A stretch of 64,000 nt of DNA from Azolla caroliniana (taxonomy: Eukaryota; Plantae; Polypodiophyta), in the NCBI GenBank assembly GCA_043228905.1, contig JBHGNT010000002.1, positions 21,018,001 through 21,082,000 of the forward strand. Direction: 5' to 3'. The number at the start of each line of letters is the position of its first letter. Position 1 is the stretch's first letter. The position numbers and the translations under genes were made by a program. Below the pieces are notes generated by a model. The model saw nothing but the letters and a program-made list of their open reading frames with translations, did no database searches and was not told the DNA's origin. Of the stretch, positions 1 to 9,883 are shown in pieces.

Positions 1-548
1 TTAACCGAACCGTCGTCATTGTACTTTATCTTGTACACCCACTTACATCCGATTGGTTTACAGCGTCGGGGAGGGTCAACTAGGTCCCATGTGTCGTTGG
101 CATCAAGTGCCCGCATTTCTTCCTCCATAGAGGCATGCCAATTTGCGTCCTTTGCCGCTTTTGCATAGCTCTCTGGCTCATGCACTTCCGCCACCTTGGT
201 CATGTATGCATAGTGATGCCCCATGTACTCATTGTACCCATACCGTGTCACGGGGTTCTTCTAGTGGGAAGAATGACGTAACTTGATATTACTCGGTTTG
301 GGGCCCTTCTTGGCAAGGTCGGACCTCGTTCCCGAAGATCCACCTTCATCTTTTCCGGAGTCAGATTCGCACCGATCCAACTCAGTGTTGCCGGTTTCAT
401 ATTCCGGCATCTTCTTCTTTCCCTTCTCCTTGCGCGTAAACTGTCTCCTCGGTTCCTTGCGTGGGGAGAGCACGACAGAGTCTACACTACTCGCCGGTTC
501 CTCATCCGACTGGTCATCTCAACTCAGCCGCTCATTTGGTCCACTTAA

Positions 549-584
549 AACACGTTCGCGTTCACAAGTGGAAGGATCGCGCAT
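549..584 (+). repeat. Left terminal inverted repeat
   Basis: aacacgttcgcgttcacaagtggaaggatcgcgcat. Confidence 0.92.
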
Positions 585-906
585 AAATGGAAGGATAAGG
601 GAAATTTTAGGGGTTTTTCAATGATTTTACAAAACACATTGATACCAGTATCATACAAGTTCAAACATACTATGAAAAAGGTTAAAAATCCACTATTTTC
701 GTGATTTAGAAGTAACTAAAAAAAGACGAATTTCAAAAACATACATTCTCAATTTATATCACAAACTTTACAACCAATGTTATTTTATAAGAAACGATTT
801 TTGGGAAATCATAAGAATTCAAAACACATGATTTTATATTACTCGATTTGTTACAAGCGGAATGTAGTTACACTTAATAGCCAAATATACATTCATGATC
901 ACTCCT

Positions 907-3687
907 TTACGGAGAATCACTACTATAACTAATATACAATGACGATTCCTCCTCATCATCCTCGGATGTACCAATCAGTGCATTATCTTCGTCATAAACC
1001 AAATGGTTTGACTCTAGATTATATGTAGCAGATCTCGTTTGCCTTTGACTCGAGCCACCTTGTAGACCTGGTAATTTTTCTTTTATTATATCTATTGTTG
1101 ACTTCCTTAATCGTCCGGCTTTTGTAAGTGTGAAGTCGTACACGATGATATCCACATCAGAGATATCAAGGGTCGAGGTGTTACGAATGTTTCGCTTCCT
1201 CTTCCTACCTCCCCTTCTTGTTTGGCATTCAATCATCTCCAATGTATACTTACCTGTAAAAGCATTTGCACTTCTAGTGTTGTACCAATGAACATTTATA
1301 GACTTGATCGTGTTATCTATTTCATACATTAGCACTTCTAGAATTTTACCAATCCAAAATTGGTGGCCATGTGAGTTCTCATCAGCCGGCGTTGCAATCA
1401 ACATCCCCGCGGTGAGCTCTTGCAAATTTCCTTGCCATCTAGCTTCGGCTGCTTTGGTCATCCTTGGTCCCACATAAATGTCTCTTTGTTGTGGATGGAC
1501 CAAGCTGTCATTAATCGCATTTACTAGTCGCTCCGGACTTCTATTTACGCGATCATGTTGCAGCGACCATGTGAATGGCGTTTCCAAATTCCAATTATCA
1601 ACAGATACACAATTGTCTATAATTTCTTTCTGATCACTATAAAATATATCCCACCATGACGTGTCTTGTTGTGCGGCATATTTCTTGGCGGCCTCAATAT
1701 GTTTTCTTTTTTCTTCTAAGGCTTGGAGCCATGACCGTTTTTGTTCTAATACCAAGTCGCTCTGCAACTGTCCTTTCTTCTCAATTGGCATTTGCTTAGC
1801 TCCATGGACAATTGTACTCGGCATACAAAGTAATAACTGGCAACCACCTTCAGGTTCCCATGTTGTAGAAGATGAATATTGTTTAGCATACAAAAGTGTA
1901 GAACCACTTATTCCATTTTTCTTTATCAAAAAAATGTGATTGAAACTTATATTGTTTAACTGAGCAAGCACTTTAACATTCCCACCACCCCCATCTAATA
2001 TATATCTCTTAAAGTCATATACCTCCTTCAAGTGTAACACTTTTGGGCGTGGTGTATATGCATCACAAATGACATCAAATAGTTTAGGTAAAGTGAAAGC
2101 ATCATGCCGAGACAACTGTCTGGAGAATGTGCTAAACATCTGATCTATATGGTCATGTGTGTGGCCAACCAAAAGGAAATTGACTTTCACTTTCCTAAAC
2201 AATTCTAGGTTGACCAACATACTTAGATAGCCAAATACAGTTGAATTTTTGTTCTCTCTAGCAGTATTGTCCAATTGAATGTATAGAACAGGGGGGAAAG
2301 GTTGTCCCCAAGACATCAAAACTCGGTGAATCACTGTAACTGTTAGGTTAGGGTCATTGTGAACATTGGGGTAAGTAATGAAGACGTGAGGTCGAACAGA
2401 CCTATTATAAGCCAGGCATCCCACCAAGTGCATTTGAACAAGGCACTCATCATTGACATCTTTGGGGAGCCTCCGCATATGCGGCAAGCATGTCTTCTTC
2501 TGGTCCATGCCATCTATCATTAAGCACATGTATTGTTCAGGCCTCTTCAAACACTTCTCTCTATGATGCATCGCCTTCCTTCGTTCTAAGGATTGTGCCT
2601 CACGATGCTCTTGTAGTAACTTCTTACTCGTATCCTTTTCCATTGATGTCTTTGCACCTTTAGCCAAACTTTTAAGATTTGCACAAATGGAGCAATAACC
2701 CATACGTACTTTACGAGGAATAATAACATTTGAAAACCGAGCTCTCCATAATCTTGTGAATTGGCTATAGGTGATAGACTTATTACGTGAGCCCAGCATT
2801 TCAGATCGATAGACATCATAAACTTCCCGACGGGTATAATTATCAGAAAGATGCATCCTACCTGTAGTGGGCATTACTTCACAATTTAACTGAAAGTAAG
2901 TTTTCATCCAGCCAATAGCTAGTCTTCCAATTGCACCTTTCATACTTGGAACCTCTTTACAATTGAGCATCTGATCCCCGCTAAGTAGACGTTGTTGTAC
3001 TCTATGTAGCCGCATGTTACTAACACATAACACAATTTTGAATGCAACTCTACATATCTGTTGCGCATGGAAGATATAATACTCGAATGAAACTTTGATC
3101 CCCATACATTTGTCAGATACTAGTTGCATATGTGATCCGAGGTAAGTGTCTTGCTCATCACCGGTCATCGAAAAATAGTATCGCCTTAATTCTCGCAACT
3201 TTGATTTTCCAATCATAGACATACAACCACGGGCACAACATATTTTGTTGACATCAAATCCAATCTGTTTATCTGATGTCACCAAGCTAAATCTAGCCAG
3301 ACGAATTCTTCGTGGGATTCTTCTAATATGCATAGGGCTCCCAGATTTCTCTTCCTGCATAGAGGTTGGTGTAACCTTGTTACAGTCTAATTCTCTGTTC
3401 TGACCATCGCCAATGTTATTCAATGTTTCTTGGGCACTTCCTTCATTCTCGGTATCTTTATTAATATCGTATTCTTCAATAGAGAACTCTTCACATGTGT
3501 CATTATTTACATTCCCTGTAGATGAGCTCAGACAATATTCTTCGATAGAATATGGTGAGTCGGTCGAAAGACAATATTCTTCAATCGAATATGGTGACTC
3601 TGTTGACAAACAATACTCTTCAGTAGAAAACGATGGGTCTGATGACAAACAATATTCTTCAATCGAGAACGGTGAATCTTCACTCAT
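907..3687 (-). CDS. Sola1-like (DUF7869-type) DDD transposase, 926 aa
   Basis: Uninterrupted ORF inside the TIRs. Motifs IDGMDQ, QLDNTARENKN and FLLVGHTHDHIDQMFS give a putative D-D-D triad. Cys motifs CCARGC, ICRVAF, CSIC. C-terminal GMLIA..FWIGKILEV..VHWY segment looks like a beta-barrel. Confidence 0.85.
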   Translation of the reverse strand: MSEDSPFSIEEYCLSSDPSFSTEEYCLSTESPYSIEEYCLSTDSPYSIEEYCLSSSTGNVNNDTCEEFSIEEYDINKDTENEGSAQETLNNIGDGQNRELDCNKVTPTSMQEEKSGSPMHIRRIPRRIRLARFSLVTSDKQIGFDVNKICCARGCMSMIGKSKLRELRRYYFSMTGDEQDTYLGSHMQLVSDKCMGIKVSFEYYIFHAQQICRVAFKIVLCVSNMRLHRVQQRLLSGDQMLNCKEVPSMKGAIGRLAIGWMKTYFQLNCEVMPTTGRMHLSDNYTRREVYDVYRSEMLGSRNKSITYSQFTRLWRARFSNVIIPRKVRMGYCSICANLKSLAKGAKTSMEKDTSKKLLQEHREAQSLERRKAMHHREKCLKRPEQYMCLMIDGMDQKKTCLPHMRRLPKDVNDECLVQMHLVGCLAYNRSVRPHVFITYPNVHNDPNLTVTVIHRVLMSWGQPFPPVLYIQLDNTARENKNSTVFGYLSMLVNLELFRKVKVNFLLVGHTHDHIDQMFSTFSRQLSRHDAFTLPKLFDVICDAYTPRPKVLHLKEVYDFKRYILDGGGGNVKVLAQLNNISFNHIFLIKKNGISGSTLLYAKQYSSSTTWEPEGGCQLLLCMPSTIVHGAKQMPIEKKGQLQSDLVLEQKRSWLQALEEKRKHIEAAKKYAAQQDTSWWDIFYSDQKEIIDNCVSVDNWNLETPFTWSLQHDRVNRSPERLVNAINDSLVHPQQRDIYVGPRMTKAAEARWQGNLQELTAGMLIATPADENSHGHQFWIGKILEVLMYEIDNTIKSINVHWYNTRSANAFTGKYTLEMIECQTRRGGRKRKRNIRNTSTLDISDVDIIVYDFTLTKAGRLRKSTIDIIKEKLPGLQGGSSQRQTRSATYNLESNHLVYDEDNALIGTSEDDEEESSLYISYSSDSP
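3525..3682 (-). repeat. Coding tandem repeat of 39 bp (13 aa, SP[F/Y]SIEEYCLS[S/T]D-like) x4 at the transposase N-terminus
   Basis: EEYCLS occurs four times at 13-aa spacing in the translation, plus a degenerate fifth FSIEEY. Confidence 0.85.
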
Positions 3688-4356
3688 GGCTTAAGGTCTA
3701 GATAGGGCTCTCTAAGTTATACTCCTCTCTAACCATATACTCCTCCCTAAACATAAACTTCTCTCTAAACAAAAGCCAAATCAATAGAATGTCTATATTA
3801 TGTAATATTCTATTAATACAATACATCTAAAAATTATTTTTAATAAAGTAATTTAACTTAAATTATCAATCATTATATAAACTAGATCTAAATGATGTTA
3901 AATCAAGTAAAATATAAAACTAATCATTAACAAGCCTTGAATATGTTGGATTAATGTTAAAATCATTGGCTAATTAATGACACCCATTTTGATATAGAAC
4001 GTCTCACTCATTGGTTCTTTAATGCTCACCAATTTAAATATTAGACTTATCAATCATTGGTTAATTCATGCCCACATCTTTAATACATAACATTTGAGAG
4101 TCATAAAAATTGTTGCTTTTAGTAATCAATCATTGGTACATTCATGAACCTCTATCATTGTCTCCTTCATAACCTTTGAAGTGATTGTAGGTTGTTATGA
4201 GTATAAAGGATTGATCAATATGTTAGTTTGACTTTGTAATCATTAATACAATCATAAGTTACTATAGTTAATGTGACTATGGTTACAAACTAACTATCCT
4301 CAAAGTTACCAACATTGGTTAAGGTGACTATGGTTACTTTAACCATGGGTTCAATC

Positions 4357-4368
4357 CCTATAAATAGG
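4357..4368 (+). promoter_or_regulatory. Putative TATA box of the ParB-MTase gene
   Basis: cctataaatagg, followed by an (acagagc)n-rich leader and a candidate ATG at 4510. Confidence 0.5.
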
Positions 4369-4594
4369 AAGACCTCATCATATTTCACTCACCAGAGCGT
4401 ACAGAGCGTACAGAGCACACAGAACGCAGAGAGCACACAGAGCACACAAAGCACTCAGAGCACAAAGCACGAAAGCGCGATCTCCGCCTCCACTTCAACA
4501 TGATCAACCATGTCTTCCAAGAGAATCGAGCGCGAGGAGTCCAGCTAGGCCTCTGACACTGTGGACATTTTTGTAAATATGTTTCGTTTCTCAA

Positions 4595-5092
4595 GAACTC
4601 GATACGGCGTATCGAGTTCATGTATACAATACAAATATTTATACACGAACTCGATACGCCGTATCGAGTTCGTGTATAAATATTTGTATTGTATACATGA
4701 ACTCGATACGCCGTATCGAGTTCGTGTATAAAGTGTAGGTTTTAAACACGAACTCGATACGGCGTATCGAGTTCGTGTTTAAACCTATACTTTAAACACG
4801 AACTCGATACGCCGTATCGAGTTCGTGTTTAAAGTGTAGGTTTTAAACACGAACTCGATACGCCGTATCGAGTTCGTGTTTAAAGTGTAGGTTTTAAACA
4901 CGAACTCGATACGCCGTATCGAGTTCGTGTTTAAAGTTTGTATTTTAAACACGAACTCGATACGCCGTATCGAGTTCGTGTTTAAAACCTACACTTTAAA
5001 CACGAACTCGATACGGCGTATCGAGTTCGTGTTTAAAACCTATACTTTAAACACGAACTCGATATGGCGTATCGAGTTCGTGTTTAAAGTGT
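4595..5092. repeat. Array of 10 palindromes (acacgaactcgatacgScgtatcgagttcgtgt), period about 50-52 bp
   Basis: Copies begin near 4595, 4643, 4695, 4746, 4796, 4847, 4898, 4949, 5000 and 5051. Short spacers such as aaagtgtaggtttt occur in both orientations. Confidence 0.95.
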
Positions 5093-5502
5093 AGCCTTTG
5101 AGAGAGAAAAATCGTTTACGGGGTGGAAATGATATCAAATTGTCTGGCAAAATCACTCTTTTTTATGTTGACATTACTTACTCTTAAACAAATACATGCT
5201 CTAATTATAGGTGTTTTATGACCTACTTTAGCTTAAAATAGTAGAAAATGATCTACAAATTGCCTTCACTATGGCAAATTCTCCTCGAAATAGGTTTAGA
5301 ATCTATATAAGTCATACCTACTATTTAAAAGAATATATAACCCGTTTTACTTATTACGATATATATTTTCTAGGTTGAATAGCCCTGCCTATAATAGATT
5401 TTTGAATATGTTACTGCTCCTTGAAACTGTTCTTCATTATAATAACAACTTCAATCAACGTGACTGTCTAACTCATGTTTTTGCATATACTTTCTTAAAT
5501 AG

Positions 5503-8500
5503 GTCGTTTGAGAACCTGTCAGACCGACCCGTGAAGAAAATTAAGCTTCGTATACAAGGTTCTCCAATCGAAGCCCAGACCAAGGTAACTCCGGAGACCA
5601 TGAAGAGAGGAAAGAAGCTTCTCTTTAACGAAGAGACAAAATCTCAGCCACATAGTGATGTAAGCCAAAAGAAACTTGTCGCCGCTACTGGAGGCGAAGA
5701 CCTTCCTGACCGAGATCTAACGGACAAGGAATGGTGTATGCAATATGTCGACTCAAAGAAAAAAGTCGTATTGTATACAGCAAAGAAGAAGGGTGAGGGG
5801 CAACTAGGGAAAGAAACTCCATTTATGTATGGCCGAATTCTACGATTTGACTACGAAGATGCAGATTCGGCCAATATACTGGTAATGATAGAGTGCTCCA
5901 AGGGGGTACGCAAAGTGTTCCTTTCAGAAGACCTTTTAGTAAAGGAATCTTGTGGGCCTGAAGTGTTCAAAAAAGCACTTGATAACTCCCAAAACCTGAT
6001 TGTTACCTTGAGGCCTTATATACAAGGCCATGTGACTCTAAGAGATGAAGAGCCCTCCCACTTGAAGGCCCCTAAAAAGGTATCCAAAGTCCAGTCAAGA
6101 CCAGCCAAGAAGAAGACAACGAAAATGTCGGATACGGATTCGACAAGTGAAAATGAAGAAGAGGATAATAAGGGGACGCCAGGAGCCGAGCTGGCCTCGG
6201 GTGTCTTGTCATCCGAGCAGAATAAAATAAGGAGAGAGTTAATGCAACGGAAGCTGGTCAGGAAAGGGAAAGTATTTAATTTGCCTATAACACACATCCA
6301 TCGGCCCCCTATTGATGAAAAAACAGGTCGAAGACCACTTGAGATTAGAGAGCCTCATCGCATGCATGTTCAAAATCTCAAGAAAAAAATGAAAATTAAT
6401 CCTCATGCCACAGTGGTGCCTTTTATTGTTATGGTGGATCCTGAAGAATGTGAAACCATTGAAGATTTTGATATCAGAAAGCATGATCAATATAATTATT
6501 TTGTCATTGGTGGATCGCATTTAGCAGAGGCACGCCGGCAACTTGTGAGAGAACATCCAACCACTTTCTTCTTCAAGTATGCCGAGTGCAAAATTTATGT
6601 TGGGCTCACAACCGAAGAGGCTAAGCTGTTGGCATGGGACCATAATAATGATAATGACTATAGGCAGAAAATGTCGTCTATTGAGCGTATACGGTTCTTC
6701 CACCACGAGTATTTAGATGTGAAACAAAAGTTTGGTGTGAAGTTACATCCAGGCCTTCGACGTCAATGTCTGCATGAAGTCGGCATTGTGGTAGATGATA
6801 ATGTTAGGTCCGATGGTCTTCGAAAGTATGAATCTTGGTTTCAATTGGCGTTTAGAGATGGAGAAGTATGGGACCTCCAAGATCAAATCTTCTCAATGTG
6901 GGAGAATAAGGAGGTAAAGGGTCAACGACAAAAGAAATGTAGGGTTGACCCTCAACTAGAATTAAAGTCACAAGCCGCCAAGAAAATTGACTTGACAATT
7001 GAAGAAGCGGCAGACGACATGAAGCTGTCTCTATGGAGAGCGATGCAAGGTATTAAGGACGAGCAGCTTCTTGTGTCGGTTTTGTCAAGGGTTGTGGTGA
7101 AAGATTTAAGCCTTGAAGAAATGGTCACCGAGTTCAATAAGTAAGTCTTTCAAATACTGAAATTGTAGTCTATCTGGTGTAATTCAAAGTTCTAATCTTG
7201 ATTTCTAATTTTACAGTCATAAGGTGTACATGAAGATCCAAGAAGTAATGATGAAACAACTTGGATGTATAACTTGGGAACAAGTGACCGAGGATTATCC
7301 TCTAACGTCTTCGTATAAGGCGTTATCAGAGTATTTTATTGCATTCAAGGATTGGGTTAGTATTGATGTTTTTTCATTACCCTTTCATCATATGTAGAGC
7401 TTGTATAATAATACCTGATGTCCTATTGCTTCTATTAGAAACCGTGTAGAGGCAAGAAACAAGGAGAAGTTAAGGATATACACGATTTCCCTACATCCTT
7501 CCTTGCACATCTCGAGCGAGCCAGAAAAGAAAAGGATCGTCGCTTAGTCAAGGCATACGAAATGGAGGAAGATGGCTCGTTTAAAAAATTTAGCCACAAA
7601 AAAGATATTACGAGAGATCTTTACTACAATGTGGTTTGCGGTGATGTCATCGACTTGATCCAGAAGGTGCCAAAGAAGGAATATACGCTAATGATTGCGG
7701 ATATTCCTTACGGATTTCGAATGGCTGGGTCATCATACGACGATGAACCGTTTAGGTTTAAACAATTGGAGAAGATGGTCAAGGATTTCGCTGAGCTAAC
7801 GACCGCATCCTTGTGGCGAATAGTTGTCTTTCATAGTATGGACCAAGGGTACTCGGTAGCTCAAGCTTTGAGATCTCGTTGCCATGGCATCGAGAACCTT
7901 GCATGGTAAGGATTATTTATAGGTGTCTTTCATTATATTGCAATTCTTAAGGTTGTTGAATCTATTCTTAACTCGATGAATTATTTTTTATAGGATCAAG
8001 ACCAATGTAAATAGAGGGCCAACTTTTCGGTTCGTTAATGCCATTGAATACATAACGGTTGGCTACTTCGATGAAATTAAAAAGCAGAGAATCAAAGAGC
8101 ATTCTAATGAAGTGGGAGGTTCAAATCTGTTGGTATATCCAGCAGTGACTCGGAAATTGCGACATGTCACCACGACAGAACGGGGACTTGTCAACCCATA
8201 CCAAAAACCTCAACGACTTATGATGCGCTTGATCGAGATGTTTTCTGTCGAAGGAGACTGGATATTAGATCTCTTTTCTGGCACAGGTATTCCTCGAACT
8301 AGGGTAACGATCTTGAGATAACCAATCACTTTTTTTCGTTTGACAACTAAATCTTCTTGTTACTTACATCATAGGAACTACGTCAGCATGTGCATTGAAG
8401 CTGTTTAGAAATACAGTTGCATTGGAGAAGGACGAGGACCAAGTTATATTTATTAATATGCGGATTAAGGCTTTGTGGGAGTGCCCAGACCAGGATGAGG

Positions 8501-8727
8501 AGGTCGGTGCAAAGAACCTCGCCAATACAGAAAGGTTTCAACCCGCTTCGCGAGAGCCTATTCCTCCGTTAGCCGGCGAACCGGGGGAGCTAATAGAGCT
8601 TGATGATGAGCTTATAGAAGATATTTCGTTGGCCCGGCTAACAGGGGAAACCAATGCACGTATAGCCGAAGACAGTTCTACACAAGATGATGAAGAAAAT
8701 GACGTTGATGAATTGATTGCTATGTAA
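5503..8727 (+). CDS. Spliced ParB/Srx-like + beta-class DNA amino-methyltransferase (N4C/N6A) fusion, about 960 aa; exons 5503-7140, 7217-7355, 7439-7905, 7994-8286, 8375-8727 (5' start uncertain)
   Basis: Four GT-AG introns of 76-88 bp join the exons in frame with no stop. Motif IV ADIPYG; then WIK, NPYQKPQRLMMRLIEMFSVEGDWILDLFSGTGTT (motif I, SAM binding) and RNTVALEKD. ParB-like core: IREPHRMHVQNLKKKM..PFIVMV..FVIGGSHLAEAR..EEAKLLAWDHNNDN. Confidence 0.85.
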
Positions 8728-9157
8728 TAGACTCTATAAAGAATATTACACTGACGATTTGTTAAGATTTCACATTATTAATACAAATTTTGGGTTTTAC
8801 CTAGTGGATTCTATTCTTTATAATCATCTATATGTTTCAATTTTATTTTTATATACTTGATTAGTAGATTTATGATATTGGTTTCACCGCGTGCATAGCT
8901 GACTACAAAACTTATGGAGAAACATGAACTAGCTTAAATGGAGGCTGATTTTGGTCCAAGCTAACCTTAACAGAACATGGCCCTATAATTATTGCCATGA
9001 CTGTCCATGTTGTTATTATGGATCTTTGTCTTATATTGTTAAAACTATTATGTTTCTATTCCATTGCTGCTTAGATTGTGTAGTGTGTTGATAATGGTTC
9101 CAGTTGCGTTATCGTTCGGAGTTTGATCTTGTGTGAATCACCTAAGCAATAGAGTAG

Positions 9158-9432
9158 TGTTAAGAATCGTCGTTCCGATTCTCCTTCCCCACTCAACCAC
9201 AACCGAGTAAGCGCTAATCAATGCAACAGAAAATAGGAACCACAGAGAGAAACACACGAATACACAGGGATTAACGTGGAAAACCCTAACTGGGGAAAAA
9301 ACCACGGGAGTCCTCAAACTCCAACTATCACTATAGACAGAGATGTACAATGGTGAAGCTACAAGGCAACAACCTTGAGCTCACTGTCTTCGCCACAGGC
9401 GGCGGCAGTACACAGAGGCAACGACCTCTTCG

Positions 9433-9463
<31 letters not shown>

Positions 9464-9873
9464 ATGAGCAACAGCAGCCACAATAAACTATTTGCCCTAA
9501 GTCATATTTATACACATATGACTTTCGGGCTATTTACAAATATAGCCTCAAGGGGCCTTGGCAAACATATTCACAAATATGTCCCCGCATCCGGATCTCT
9601 CTCCGGGTACATTCGTCATCTGGATCCGTATCCGGGTACTCTTCATCCGGCTTCATGCCGGGTACTCTTCATCATCCGGATCCGCATCCGGGTACTCTTC
9701 ATCCGGCTTCATGTCGGGTACTCTTCATCCGGCTTCATGCCGGGTACTCTTCATCATCCGGATCCGCATCCGGGTTTGCCGTCATTTATCTCCGGGGACA
9801 TCCGTAACCGCAACCGGGCTTGCCGTCATCTGTCTCCGGGGACATCCCATCCGGAGGGACCGAAATCCCAACA
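9158..9873 (-). repeat. 3' LTR of nested Copia
   Basis: 716 bp, nearly identical to 13989-14703; contains (CT)n and short tandem ccgg-rich repeats. Confidence 0.97.
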
Positions 9874-9883
9874 AACTCCCCCT

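Noticed and set aside
545-548. piggyBac classification based on the TTAA TSD
   Set aside because: Termini are AACAC rather than CC(C/T), other ends have AATT/ATTT flanks, and the transposase motifs are Sola1-like.
4595-5092. CRISPR array
   Set aside because: Spacers are short and near-identical rather than unique, there are no cas genes, and the context is eukaryotic with introns.
5375-5502. N-terminus of the 589-aa ORF as listed in the ORF track
   Set aside because: It starts at TTG and is AT-rich, with a branch-point-like ctaac and an acceptor AG at 5501-5502; more likely intron.
5375-8727. Bacterial contamination or a restriction-modification operon
   Set aside because: The gene has spliceosomal introns, lies within TIRs nested among plant retrotransposons, and has local decayed paralogues. 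No endonuclease gene is visible.
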